Shown: positions 48,803 through 58,918, counted from the stretch's first letter. The stretch is DNA of 64,000 nt from Candidatus Binatia bacterium (GCA_963664395.2 OY761159.2:3552001-3616000); one strand, 5' to 3'. Notes: generated by a model from the letters alone, not told the origin. Made by a program: numbers and translations.

Positions 48803-51691
48803 CTACTGTCTTGCGTCCCGCATTTTTTGTTCAATACGCGCCCTGGCCTGATCCAATACTTGGGCCGCATTCGGATTGATACCTTTGGCTTGGCGCAGAA
48901 TTCCGAGGGCATCTTCGTAGCGCCCGACCTGGTCATAGGCAAAGGCCAGGTTCGACAAATAATTGAAATCGCCCTGCCTCAACTTCACCGCGGCTTCGAG
49001 GGGTCCAAGCGCGTCTTCGTACTGTTCCAATTTCAGTAGGGTTACACCGAGCAGTTCCTGGACAAACGGATTATCCGGTCGCAGTTGGGCGGCCAGACTC
49101 GCTTTGGGCAGGAGGGTTCTCGGACTCGAAGAGCTGAGCAACTCGGCGTAGCGGGCGCTCAGCAAGTCTAAAAACTCAAGCGTGGCAATCTTGCGGTAAT
49201 AGTCAATGTCCTTATCTTCCGGGGTGAGGCGAGAGGCTTGGTAGACCTCGCTGAGCGCCGCGTACGAGCGTTCGAGCGGATCATCCGTTCCCACGGCTTT
49301 GGAGCGCATAAAGAGGGCGCGGGCGAGCATGATTTCCGGTTCAACACCATATTGCTCAGCTAACCTGTCCGGATGAATGTGGGGCAAGAGTCGAGCCAGG
49401 ATAAAGGGCATGGTGCCGGCAATGCCCAACCGATTGAGTTCCGCAAACTCGACTGAGGTATGGTCGTCGGTCAGGAGCGGATAGTCATCTCTGACGAGGG
49501 CATCAATGCGCGGTCCATCAAAAATAATATGCTTGAGGATATCCTGCCCGCGGCTGATGCCAATCTCTTCCAAGTCGGCGCGGACCTCCGCATTGACCTG
49601 ACTCAGACGTTGGTCCAGGACGTCGGGAGAAAGGGAAAGGGGCTGTTTGGCCCCAACCAGCAGGGTGTAGCGGCTCGTGAACAGCAGTAAGGTCTCTGCG
49701 TGAAATACACTTCGGAATGTGCGCAGCACCGACAAGTAATCGGTCGGTGCCATGTTGTGCAAAGGCAGCCATTGGACATAGACGCCGGTGTTATTCAGTT
49801 TGTCATAGACCTGTTGGTAATACTCCAGTGTATACAGCATCCAGGACTCTGCCGCGGCCGGGTGGGTGGCATCCGCGGTAATGGCGTCATAGCTATGGGG
49901 CGAAACTTTCAGGTAATTCCGCCCGTCATCGGCAATCAGTTTCCAGTTTGTGCGTTCAACGACATTCCCGTTCTCGACTCCAAAAAAAGGCATGGCCGCC
50001 CGGACGTCAGGGACGATGTCTACCGCTTCGACCGTCACATCATGTTTGGCCGCCGCTCCTAACGTCACCCCCCCACCGACCGCGTTGACCAGCACCAGCT
50101 TGGGGTCAGACTGGAGCAGCAGGGGCAGGTGACCCAGCAGCTTGAAGGTCGAGACGGCATCCCGATGGGTGGGCACCTCCTCAATGCAGTTGATCAAGAG
50201 TTCCTTGATCTCACCGATTTGGAAAACGGCAAGCGTGCCGGACACACCTTCACGATAGAACAGGAGTTCTCCTTCGATATTCTGAAAGCGGTCGTACCAT
50301 TTCATGAGCGTCAGCTCTTTTGGTACGAGCACGGCGACAACAAGGGTCGCTACTGTGGCGATGACACCACAGGCGAGCCTGATCGAACTATAGGGACGTG
50401 TCATAAGAAGCAGGAGGAGGCCGGCGCAGACCGAGACGAGAGCCAGGAGGACCATGCCACCACTCAGTCCCAGCAGCGGAATCAGGACCAGCCCCCCGGT
50501 GAGAGCACCGCTCAGACTGCCAAACGTATTCGCGGCAAAGATGAGGCCGGCAGAGCTGTGGGGTGAACGATTGGTCTGGGCGCGAAAGAAATCAACAAGG
50601 AGCGGGACAACAAAGCCTGAAACCGTCGCTGGAATAAGGGTCACGACTGCTGCTGCGGCTAAGCGGACAAGACCTAAGGCCAGCCAATGATTCCCGCCGA
50701 CCTGACGACTGAGGTCCAGGGTGACAGCGTGGAGTTGGTTAAACAGACCTAGGGAAACGAGAATCGCGATTGCTCCAAGGGCTTGAACGAGCAGGAAAAC
50801 AAGTGCCTTCGTCGGCTGGCTTGCGCGCGACGGCCCGCACGCAGCATACAACCACGCCCCGAGTGCCAGCCCCGTCAGGATGGCGGTCAGAACAACTGAG
50901 AAAGAATAGGTGTTGTTCGACACTACACAGATAAGGGTGCGAACCCATATGATCTGAAGCGCGAGGCCGATAAAGCCGGTGAGAAACGGAAAAAAGAGCA
51001 GCCTGACAGGGAGGGGGGACGAACTGGTCTGGCTCGTGTGTTCGGGCTGTCCTGCAAGCTGTTCGGCAGACTGGCCCGCAGAGTGTTCTGATTGTTTGAC
51101 GGGACGGCGTGGTTGAGTCAGGGCAACCAGACAAATCACGGCATTGATCGCGGTTGCGATCAGCGTGGTGTGAAATACGCCATAGGTCCGAATGAAAAAG
51201 ACCCCGGCGAAAAACGCTCCGAGTACGGAACCGGTTGTATTGATCGCGTATAAAAGCCCGACCTTGCGTCCGGTGAGTCCATTGGGTTCATTGTGTTTAT
51301 CTTGAGCGACCTGCCGCGCTAAGGTGGGGAGGGTGAGTCCCATCAGGGTTGCGGGCAGTGAAAGGGCGAGTACGGCAAGAATGATTTGCAAAGCAAAACT
51401 GCCGCCGGATGCAACGTAGACAACGTCAAGAATGTTGAGAAGAAAGGGAAAAACGAGAGCGAAAACACCAATCAATCCTTCTGCAAGACCATACACGACA
51501 AAGGGGTGGTAGCGGGACAAGCGCCGGCTTTGTCCGGCTATATAGCCGAGGGCGAGACCCAGCATGAAGGACGCCGTGACCACGGTGACGGCATAGGTCG
51601 ACAGCCCGAACACGATATGCAGGAGGCGTTCCCAGACCACTTCGTACAGCAGGGCGGTAAAGCCGGAGAGAAAGAACAGTAAGAGAGTCAT
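48803..51691 (-). CDS. Fused multi-TM / spermidine-synthase-like protein with C-terminal TPRs
   Basis: FFLSGFTALLYEVVW, LYAINTTGS, ADDGRNYL, LYTLEYY, VQWLP, TDDH; TPR motifs at the C-terminus. Confidence 0.88.
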   Translation of the reverse strand: MTLLLFFLSGFTALLYEVVWERLLHIVFGLSTYAVTVVTASFMLGLALGYIAGQSRRLSRYHPFVVYGLAEGLIGVFALVFPFLLNILDVVYVASGGSFALQIILAVLALSLPATLMGLTLPTLARQVAQDKHNEPNGLTGRKVGLLYAINTTGSVLGAFFAGVFFIRTYGVFHTTLIATAINAVICLVALTQPRRPVKQSEHSAGQSAEQLAGQPEHTSQTSSSPLPVRLLFFPFLTGFIGLALQIIWVRTLICVVSNNTYSFSVVLTAILTGLALGAWLYAACGPSRASQPTKALVFLLVQALGAIAILVSLGLFNQLHAVTLDLSRQVGGNHWLALGLVRLAAAAVVTLIPATVSGFVVPLLVDFFRAQTNRSPHSSAGLIFAANTFGSLSGALTGGLVLIPLLGLSGGMVLLALVSVCAGLLLLLMTRPYSSIRLACGVIATVATLVVAVLVPKELTLMKWYDRFQNIEGELLFYREGVSGTLAVFQIGEIKELLINCIEEVPTHRDAVSTFKLLGHLPLLLQSDPKLVLVNAVGGGVTLGAAAKHDVTVEAVDIVPDVRAAMPFFGVENGNVVERTNWKLIADDGRNYLKVSPHSYDAITADATHPAAAESWMLYTLEYYQQVYDKLNNTGVYVQWLPLHNMAPTDYLSVLRTFRSVFHAETLLLFTSRYTLLVGAKQPLSLSPDVLDQRLSQVNAEVRADLEEIGISRGQDILKHIIFDGPRIDALVRDDYPLLTDDHTSVEFAELNRLGIAGTMPFILARLLPHIHPDRLAEQYGVEPEIMLARALFMRSKAVGTDDPLERSYAALSEVYQASRLTPEDKDIDYYRKIATLEFLDLLSARYAELLSSSSPRTLLPKASLAAQLRPDNPFVQELLGVTLLKLEQYEDALGPLEAAVKLRQGDFNYLSNLAFAYDQVGRYEDALGILRQAKGINPNAAQVLDQARARIEQKMRDARQ

Positions 51692-51726
51692 ACACCCCTC
51701 TGTCGCATTAATACTGAATAGACATG

Positions 51727-52434
51727 CTATTTTGCGTTATGGAAAATAATCCCGAGCGTGTAGCGCTGCCCGGAGGTGACGGTGCTGACTCCGTGCCGGA
51801 CCGTCATCCGATAATAGCCTCGCGTTCCACGCGCCGGACGATAGCGAGTGGTGAAGATAATACCTTCTCCCTGCTGCAGGGTGAGCGCAATACCGCGCGA
51901 CTGGGCGCGGGGTCGTTGTTCGACCAGAAGAAATTCTCCACCCGTATAGTGTGTCTTGGGACAGCTCAGAAAGAACGCCATTTGCAGGGGAAAAGCGATT
52001 GACCCATACAAGTCCTGATGTAAACAGTTGTATCCGCCTTGTTCGTAATGCAGGAGGAGCGGGGTCGGTTTGAGCTGCCCGTTCTCTTGGCAGAGCGTTA
52101 AGAAACGCGCCAGCGTTGGGGGAAAGGTCTCTGGCTGTTTGAGGGCGTCCATCCAGCGATTCGCAATTTTTGCCAGGGGAGGGTAGGCGTGCGTTCTGAG
52201 GTGGGTGACGAGCGGCGGCAGCGGGTCCGCGAAGTACTGGTAATCTCCGACGCCAAATCGGTGCTGAGCCATATCTACGCGTGTGCGAAATCGCTTGGTA
52301 TTCGCATACAGACGCATGAGTGTGGCGCATTCCGTGGACGTGAGAATACGAGGCGTGGTGGCGTAGCCCCGCGCCCACAAAGACTCTTCTATGGCCTGCC
52401 AGCCGAGTTGAGATATGCGCTCGTGACTCGTCAT
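51727..52434 (-). CDS. 2OG-Fe(II) oxygenase (DUF2086-like)
   Basis: PTPLLLHY, NCLHQDLYG, GGEFLLVEQRPRAQS, RHGVS, RYTLGIIFH. Confidence 0.9.
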   Translation of the reverse strand: MTSHERISQLGWQAIEESLWARGYATTPRILTSTECATLMRLYANTKRFRTRVDMAQHRFGVGDYQYFADPLPPLVTHLRTHAYPPLAKIANRWMDALKQPETFPPTLARFLTLCQENGQLKPTPLLLHYEQGGYNCLHQDLYGSIAFPLQMAFFLSCPKTHYTGGEFLLVEQRPRAQSRGIALTLQQGEGIIFTTRYRPARGTRGYYRMTVRHGVSTVTSGQRYTLGIIFHNAK

Positions 52435-52440
52435 TAGCCC

Positions 52441-54009
52441 TCACCGAGGCACCCAATCCGGCATGCCCTCCAGAACAATTCCAAACGCCGGAATACCAAT
52501 CACATACAACAGTCCGGTCAGGATAACGATACTCAGGATATTGAGTCCTAAACCAGCCCAGAACATTTGCGGCAGGGTGACATAGCCACTGGCGAAAATA
52601 ATGGCGTTTGGTGCGGTGGCGGTCGGCAGCATAAAGGCAAAGGAGGCCGCAAAGGTGGCGGGGATCATGAGCAATCTGGGGTCAACCTCCAACCCGGTCG
52701 CGGTGGCGGCCAGCACCGGCATGACCAAGGTCGTCGTTGCCGTATTGCTGGTAAACTCGGTCAGCCAGACCATGAGAGTGCAGACGGAGAAGATAGCGAC
52801 AAAAGGGGAGACATCCCGCAGAAAGGACAATTGTGAGCCGGCCCAGTTCGCCAGGCCGGAATGTCCCACGCCTTCGGCCAGGGCGAGACTGCCGCCGAGC
52901 AGTACCAGAATCCCCCACGGAATCTTGTTGGTGTCGTCCCACGTCAGCAGGAACTCACCTTTTTTTCGTCCGGACGGAATAAGAAAAAGTAGGATGGCGG
53001 CCAATATGGCAACGGTCGAATCCTGGATGTGCTGCGGGTGGGGAAACAGGTTGGCCCAGCCGGGTAGAGACAGCGCACCGAAATCAATATCCTTCCTGAA
53101 AATCCAGAGCAGCGCGGTGGCGAGTGATAACAGCAACACCCGCCGTTCTCCGCTTTGTATGGGGCCGAGGTCTTTGAGCTGTTGGGTCAAAAAGGTCTGG
53201 TCATCCTGCCAGCCGGTGGTTGGGACCCGAAAGTAGATATAGACCAGATAAAACCAGGCGCTGACTACCATAAGAGCCGCGGTCGGCACGCCAAACAGCA
53301 TCCATTGGAAGAAGCCGATATCCGGTGCGTTCGGAAAGAGCTTGGTAAACGCACCCATGAACACGACGTTGGGCGGGGTACCCACTGGTGTACTCACCCC
53401 GCCGATCGAGGCGCTATAGGCCAGGCCGAGCATCAGGGCAATACCAAAGCCCTGGGTGGTGTCATAGCCCTGGCTGGCGGCATGATGCAGAACCGCCAGG
53501 GCGATAGGCAGCATGATAATGGTCGAGGCGGTATTGGAGATCCACATGGAGAGCAGCGCTGTCGTACAGAGAAAGCCGAGAATGAGCAGCTGTGGCGAGC
53601 GGCCTATACCGGACAGGATCAGCAAGGCGACCCGGCGGTGGAGCTGCCATTTCTCCATGGCGATGGCCAGAAAAAAGGCGCCAAAGAATAAAAAGACGAT
53701 GTGATCGGCATACGCCGTTGAGACCTCATGCGCGCTTAAAATATCGAGCAACGGAAACAGGACGAGCGGGACGAGACCCGTGACGGTAATATGCGTAGCC
53801 TCAGTCACCCACCACGCCCCCATGAGGGCGACCACGCCCGCGGTGTGCCAGGCGGCCAGGCTCATATCAGCCGGCGGGCCGGTCAAGAGAAACAGGCTGA
53901 GCACACCTATGCCGGCAAAGAGACCAATAGCTTGGCGTCTGCTATAGGCAGGAGGCTCAGGCGATGGAGCCCCTGACTTGGGAGTGTCTGTTGCCGTTGT
54001 CTTAGTCAT
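52441..54009 (-). CDS. SLC13/DASS family sodium:dicarboxylate/sulfate symporter
   Basis: LSMWISNTAS, TPVGTPPN, TEFTSNTAT, FMLPTATAPNAI. Confidence 0.93.
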   Translation of the reverse strand: MTKTTATDTPKSGAPSPEPPAYSRRQAIGLFAGIGVLSLFLLTGPPADMSLAAWHTAGVVALMGAWWVTEATHITVTGLVPLVLFPLLDILSAHEVSTAYADHIVFLFFGAFFLAIAMEKWQLHRRVALLILSGIGRSPQLLILGFLCTTALLSMWISNTASTIIMLPIALAVLHHAASQGYDTTQGFGIALMLGLAYSASIGGVSTPVGTPPNVVFMGAFTKLFPNAPDIGFFQWMLFGVPTAALMVVSAWFYLVYIYFRVPTTGWQDDQTFLTQQLKDLGPIQSGERRVLLLSLATALLWIFRKDIDFGALSLPGWANLFPHPQHIQDSTVAILAAILLFLIPSGRKKGEFLLTWDDTNKIPWGILVLLGGSLALAEGVGHSGLANWAGSQLSFLRDVSPFVAIFSVCTLMVWLTEFTSNTATTTLVMPVLAATATGLEVDPRLLMIPATFAASFAFMLPTATAPNAIIFASGYVTLPQMFWAGLGLNILSIVILTGLLYVIGIPAFGIVLEGMPDWVPR

Positions 54010-54035
54010 ATGAAAAGCTTTGCAAAGGAGGGTAT

Positions 54036-54431
54036 ATGAAAATTACACGTTTTGTAGCAACCCCGAATGGCGGGTCGCAGTTCGAGGAGATTGATATCCC
54101 GATCACGAACGAGCGACAAGATGCCGAAGGCCACACCCTGCTCTTATCCAACACCTATACCTCGCCAGGTGTGTGTTTTGTTGATCTGCCCGAAGGGCTC
54201 GATCAGGACTGGCACCAAGCGCCAACGCGACAAATCGTTGTCGTCCTGTCCGGAACGCTGGAAGTCACCACGACGGATAATCAGGTGCGGCAGTGGAGCA
54301 CCGGCGAAGCGTTTATCGCCGCCGATGTTACCGGCCAGGGCCACAAAACGCGCACGCTCGGGGGGCCGGCGCGGGTGATGTTTGCGCCCCTGTCCGAAAA
54401 CTTTTCCATGGAGAGCTGGTCGGAGGGTTAA
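54036..54431 (+). CDS. Cupin-fold protein
   Basis: DWHQAPTRQIVVVLSG, DVTGQGH. Confidence 0.85.
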   Translation: MKITRFVATPNGGSQFEEIDIPITNERQDAEGHTLLLSNTYTSPGVCFVDLPEGLDQDWHQAPTRQIVVVLSGTLEVTTTDNQVRQWSTGEAFIAADVTGQGHKTRTLGGPARVMFAPLSENFSMESWSEG

Positions 54432-54467
54432 ATCGAAACGGGGTGGCTTCCCGCTGACAACCGTTCC

Positions 54468-54561
54468 AAACCCACCCCGCCGCTAACGCGGCACCCCTCC
54501 CAAGAGGGGAGCTTGCCTCATCCCCTCCTTGGAGGGGTGGCCGCAGGCCGGGGTGGGTTCC
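54468..54561. repeat. Family-A REP doublet
   Basis: AAACCCACCCCGCCGCTAACGCGGCACCCCTCCCAAGAGGGG...TCCCCTCCTTGGAGGGGTGGCCGCAGGCCGGGGTGGGTTCC. Confidence 0.88.
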
Positions 54562-54600
54562 TCTTCGCCAATAGCAAGAGCCGGCTCAGGTTGATAGCCA

Positions 54601-55062
54601 GTGACCATCATCCACACCTCCGAAAGCCGGCTGATCCCCTGTTCCAGGGCCCGCGTGTACGAGGCGGTCCTAGCCTTTGAAGACTATCCATTGTGGTGGC
54701 CCAAAAAATTTCATCCCCGATTACAGCGTAAAGGCCAAGCATGGGTCGGAGACCGCATCGCATTTACCCCCGCACCCGGCATATGGACGGGCTGGGAAAT
54801 TACTGCTGTGACCCCTGTGGAGCAGATTCGGGTCGCCTACTTTCAAGGCTTTCACACCGGTTGGGGGGTATGGAGATTCGCCTCGCAACAACAACACACC
54901 TTGCTCTCCTTTGAAATGCGGATCGTGCCCAAGAATCCGCTCTTTGGTCTGGTGTACAGACTCGCCAGGGTTCCCCGCAGGCATGCCGCTCATATGCAGG
55001 AATTATTTACCTGCCTTGAAGGCTATCTGAAAGAAAGAACAATCCGCCCCCTGAAGGTATGA
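54601..55062 (+). CDS. SRPBCC/START-fold protein
   Basis: RVYEAVLAFEDYPLWWP, G.GVWRF; typical length. Confidence 0.7.
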   Translation: MTIIHTSESRLIPCSRARVYEAVLAFEDYPLWWPKKFHPRLQRKGQAWVGDRIAFTPAPGIWTGWEITAVTPVEQIRVAYFQGFHTGWGVWRFASQQQHTLLSFEMRIVPKNPLFGLVYRLARVPRRHAAHMQELFTCLEGYLKERTIRPLKV

Positions 55063-55097
55063 CACAACTCACGCCGGGCTCGGGAGGACGCCCTGTC

Positions 55098-55125
55098 CGT
55101 CATTCCCGCGCACGCGGGAATCCAG
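55098..55125. repeat. GTCATTCCCGCG..CGCGGGAATCCA REP palindrome
   Basis: CGTCATTCCCGCGCACGCGGGAATCCAG. Confidence 0.75.
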
Positions 55126-55156
55126 GCTCACCCCAACCCTTGTAACGAGGCCCAGG

Positions 55157-55453
55157 TCACGCGGCTCCCTGCCGGATGGCGATGGCCTCGCGCAGGCCGT
55201 CCAGCAACCCTTCCAGGTGGGCCATACGCTCGCGCAGTTCGGCGATTTGCTGCTCCAAGGCCGTAAATCGCTCGCCAAATTCCTTACGCTGGGCGGCCAG
55301 TTCGGCACTGAGGTCCCGACGCTGGGCGATGAGTTCCCGACGCTGTTCCGCAAGTTCGGCGCGGATGGCCCGTTGCCCGTTCAGTATCAACCAGGCCAGA
55401 GCTGCCCCGACCGCAAGGACGGCTATCAGGACGCTGATCAATTCAACGCTCAT
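55157..55453 (-). CDS. Small N-terminally anchored coiled-coil protein
   Basis: TM MSVELISVLIAVLAVGAALAWLIL, AELAEQRRE-type repeats, LRERMAHLEGLLDGLREAI tail. Confidence 0.8.
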   Translation of the reverse strand: MSVELISVLIAVLAVGAALAWLILNGQRAIRAELAEQRRELIAQRRDLSAELAAQRKEFGERFTALEQQIAELRERMAHLEGLLDGLREAIAIRQGAA

Positions 55454-55518
55454 AGTGGTTCACCATACCCCACCAACGAGAAGGGGGGCAAGCAGAGACT
55501 TTAAGGGTAGGGAAGAAA

Positions 55519-55551
55519 TCCCTCACCCCAGCCCTCTCCCAGAGGGAGAGG
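55519..55551. repeat. CCCTCACCCC..CCCTCTCCC..GGGAGAGG REP hairpin
   Basis: CCCTCACCCCAGCCCTCTCCCAGAGGGAGAGG; related to 39579 and 62768. Confidence 0.75.
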
Positions 55552-55569
55552 AGGAAAATGACTGAACGC

Positions 55570-56199
55570 TTACGCCTTGGCGCTCGGTCGTGAGGAAACG
55601 TCATCATGCCAGCGTTTGGTGTTGGTGTTGGCCTCGGGAATGCCCATCTTGGCGAAACCGGCAAAATCGACCACACACAGCGCGGTGATATCGGCAACGG
55701 TGTACCGCTCCCCGGCAACATAGCTTCTCTGGCTGAGACGGTGTTCCAGCCGCTCATAAAAACGTTCAACGCCGGCCTTCCCCCGGGCGGCCAGTTCGGG
55801 AATGGCTTGCACATTCTCCAGACCGGGCAGACCCCGGTTCTTAAAGCCCTCAAACGAGTTGCGAAACATCTCGCCCGTAGGATTCAGACCGTCGAATTCC
55901 ATGTGGCGTTGCCACGACTCGATTTGGGCCTTCTCCAAGGCGTCCCGGCCCATGAGGTTGGGCTCCGGCTGGGTCTCTTCAATATAGCGACAAATCGCTA
56001 TGGTCTCGTCAATGCGGTTCCCGTCGTCGAGTTCAAGCGTGGGCAGCAGTCCGCGCGGATTCACCGCCAGATATTCTGGCTTGAGATTTTCTCCCTTGAT
56101 AATGCTGACCTCGGTCTTCGGAATATCGACCCCTTTTTCTGCCAGAAAGACACGCACCCGACGTGGGTTGGGGGCCATTTGGCAATCATAGAGTTTCAT
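55570..56199 (-). CDS. Glutathione S-transferase family protein
   Basis: MKLYDCQMAPNPRRVRVFLAEKG, NPRGLLPTL, ETIAICRY, YTVADI. Confidence 0.93.
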   Translation of the reverse strand: MKLYDCQMAPNPRRVRVFLAEKGVDIPKTEVSIIKGENLKPEYLAVNPRGLLPTLELDDGNRIDETIAICRYIEETQPEPNLMGRDALEKAQIESWQRHMEFDGLNPTGEMFRNSFEGFKNRGLPGLENVQAIPELAARGKAGVERFYERLEHRLSQRSYVAGERYTVADITALCVVDFAGFAKMGIPEANTNTKRWHDDVSSRPSAKA

Positions 56200-56295
56200 A
56201 CTGCGCTCCTTTCTTTCGTGTGGGTGACAGGCTAAAGATCCTAGGGAACCATAGCGACCCTTAGCACAGATGCAAGCCCATACGGAGGAGGAGCG

Positions 56296-57609
56296 ATGCA
56301 AAAAAGACTCGGGCGTCTACTCGTGAGTGTGACTTTTCTGATGTTCGGGCCGGTATCGTTTGGTCGGGCGGATGTCCGTCCCGGCGACACCATTACCAAA
56401 ACGAATATGGCGCAAGCCGCCGAGCTGCTCACACCGTCTACGCGCTGGATGTTGGAGCGGGGTATGACGATGGGGATTGGAGAGCCGCGGCCCTATACCT
56501 GGCCCAAGGCGTATCAAGACGCAACGGAACGATACGCGGGACAGGTTGTCATCTCGGCCGACGGACGAGAAATAGCGAACTATATTGCCGGGGCGCCGTT
56601 TCCCGTCATTGCTGCCCAGGACCACTTGGCCGGATACAAGATCATGTGGAATCATGCCCAGCCGCCCTACAGCATCGACAATATCGGGGCGAGCTATGTC
56701 GCTCATCTCGTCAACAGCCAGGGCAATGTGGACCAGTCCTTCGAGAATTCGTGGCGTCGGGTGATGTGGACGGGGCGCTTGTACACGGACCCCAAGCCCA
56801 TCATCCCGCACAATCCGGCGGTGCGGCATAGTCATATGTGGGGGCCGCTGGTGTTGCCCAATCGCTATAAGGGGCTGGCCGTGCTCGAATTTCGCTATAT
56901 CCCGGCGAGTGCGGCGGACGACACCTATGTCTACTCGCCGCAACTCCGCCGCGTGCGGCGGATCAGTGTTGCGGACCGCAGCGCCAGTATTTGGGGCTCG
57001 GATTATGATCTTGACTCGTTTTATGGATTTAATGCGAAAATCGGAAGCTGGGATTTCCGGCTCCTGGCGGAAAAAGATATTCTCGGGGTGCTGCACAGCG
57101 GCCGCTATGGGGACCCGGCCGAGTGGTGCGGCCAACGGGATACAGGCCAGGGCCTCCGGGCCGCGCTGCCGTGTGTGACCTGGGAAAAACGGCGGGTGTG
57201 GGTGGTGGAGGCCACGCCGCTCAACTCCCCCAGAAAGTACGCCTATTCAAAGCGGGTGCTATACGTTGACCAGGAAACCTTCGGCGTCGGGCTCGCCGAG
57301 CTGTACGACACGAATGGGGAACTCCAAAAGGGGCTCGTCCACTGTGCCTTTGTGACAAAAAAACCGCATGCCGGCTACCCGTCCAATCCGCTCTCCGGGG
57401 CGCGCTATAACTATCAGGAAGAACAACTGTTTGTCCCCAACTTCGTGATGATTGATTTTCAGAAAATGCTGGCCACGGTGGGTGAAATCCCCTCGACCCA
57501 ACAACCCCCGTCAGAATGGGAAGGGGAGCCCTATTTCAACGAAGCCGGAGTCAGAGGAGCGGACCCGGATTCGCATACGACCAACGCCCTGATGGAAATG
57601 GGGCGCTAG
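56296..57609 (+). CDS. DUF1329 family exported protein
   Basis: PGDTIT..N, YIAGAPFP, KIMWN, YSPQLRRVRRI, YAYSKRVLYVD. Confidence 0.88.
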   Translation: MQKRLGRLLVSVTFLMFGPVSFGRADVRPGDTITKTNMAQAAELLTPSTRWMLERGMTMGIGEPRPYTWPKAYQDATERYAGQVVISADGREIANYIAGAPFPVIAAQDHLAGYKIMWNHAQPPYSIDNIGASYVAHLVNSQGNVDQSFENSWRRVMWTGRLYTDPKPIIPHNPAVRHSHMWGPLVLPNRYKGLAVLEFRYIPASAADDTYVYSPQLRRVRRISVADRSASIWGSDYDLDSFYGFNAKIGSWDFRLLAEKDILGVLHSGRYGDPAEWCGQRDTGQGLRAALPCVTWEKRRVWVVEATPLNSPRKYAYSKRVLYVDQETFGVGLAELYDTNGELQKGLVHCAFVTKKPHAGYPSNPLSGARYNYQEEQLFVPNFVMIDFQKMLATVGEIPSTQQPPSEWEGEPYFNEAGVRGADPDSHTTNALMEMGR

Positions 57610-57631
57610 GGGGCGCTGTCGGGTTGCTTCC

Positions 57632-58918
57632 CTACTCGACCTGCCTGATTGAGGTCCGCAGAAAAACGAACCCGACCACGACGACCATCGCGCTGCTCAT
57701 AACGATGCAGGTCGTCAGGGGGCCGATAGCATCGACCAAGACACCGGACAGGGGAGCGCCGAGTAGGCCGGCGGCTCCCATAAAACCGATCGTATAGACG
57801 GACAGCACGCGGGCGCGATTGGCGACGCTGGCCTGCTCCTGATACACCGTCCGACCGGCATTGATAAAGATGGCTGCGCTCACTCCCCAGGCGCACACGG
57901 CCAGCAGGGTGCCCCAAAAAGGCAGGCCGAACGAAACCATAAAGAGGCAGCCCGAGCCGAACAGGAGGGCCACGATTTGGGCTTCGCCCTTATGCCGAAT
58001 CCCACCCGCCCATAGCATGCACACCGAGCCAATAATTGTTCCCAGCGGAAAGGTCATATTGAGGAGGGCCAGTTGGTCCACCCCGCCGTGGTAAAAGTCG
58101 CGGACTAAGAGGGGCAGGACCACCAGGAACGGGCCAATAAAGAAAATGCCGACCGCAACTGCGAGCAGCAGCGTGGCCGAGAGAGCCGGTGACTGTCGGA
58201 CCTCTCGCACCCCTTCAATCACGTCCGAGAGATGCAGACTGCCCTGTGACCGGTGTTTCTTCGGGCTGGACATCTTGCGTAACGGCAGAATACCGGTCAG
58301 CAGAACCAGACTGTGCAGGCCCAAGGCCGGAACCGTCCCGATCAAGCGGGCCGTCCCTGCCAGCAGAGAGCCGCATATTTGCATGCCCCACTGCGTCATG
58401 GTCATCCCGGTTACCGAGTGCAACATATTAGCGCCCGCCACCTGAGAGAGTTGGGCGTCGCGGGCGGGCATGACAAACGCCTGGACCGTTCCCATCCCAA
58501 TGGCATAGGCGATGAGGAGCGGGAGGGACAAGCACGCATTGGCGACTGCAAGGAAGAGGCCGGCAGAAATGACGCTCGCAATCAGGTGCAGGACCATAAG
58601 CATGCGCCGTTGGTCATAGCGGTCGGCAATGGCTCCACCGGGCAGGGCCAAAAGAACTGACGGAATCATCATGGCGCTTTGGGTGATCCCGACCCACTCC
58701 GCTTCGGCATTGAGCACGCCGACAACCAACCAGGAAAACAGAACGCCTTGCATCCCAATAGCCATAAACCAACTGCCGGTTCCAGCCAGAAACCAGAAGT
58801 AGGGCGCTGGCAGGTGGGCCGGTGAGCGCGATTGAGCGGAAGACGGCGGAATGCCCTGAGATGCGTCAGGGGGAGCCGAAGGACAGGGTGCTGTGTTTGG
58901 CGAAGAAGCGTGCGACAA
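57632..58918 (-). CDS. MFS transporter
   Basis: GGAIADRYDQRR motif A, about 12 TMs; TTG start with AAGGA RBS assumed. Confidence 0.88.
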   Translation of the reverse strand: MSHASSPNTAPCPSAPPDASQGIPPSSAQSRSPAHLPAPYFWFLAGTGSWFMAIGMQGVLFSWLVVGVLNAEAEWVGITQSAMMIPSVLLALPGGAIADRYDQRRMLMVLHLIASVISAGLFLAVANACLSLPLLIAYAIGMGTVQAFVMPARDAQLSQVAGANMLHSVTGMTMTQWGMQICGSLLAGTARLIGTVPALGLHSLVLLTGILPLRKMSSPKKHRSQGSLHLSDVIEGVREVRQSPALSATLLLAVAVGIFFIGPFLVVLPLLVRDFYHGGVDQLALLNMTFPLGTIIGSVCMLWAGGIRHKGEAQIVALLFGSGCLFMVSFGLPFWGTLLAVCAWGVSAAIFINAGRTVYQEQASVANRARVLSVYTIGFMGAAGLLGAPLSGVLVDAIGPLTTCIVMSSAMVVVVGFVFLRTSIRQVE

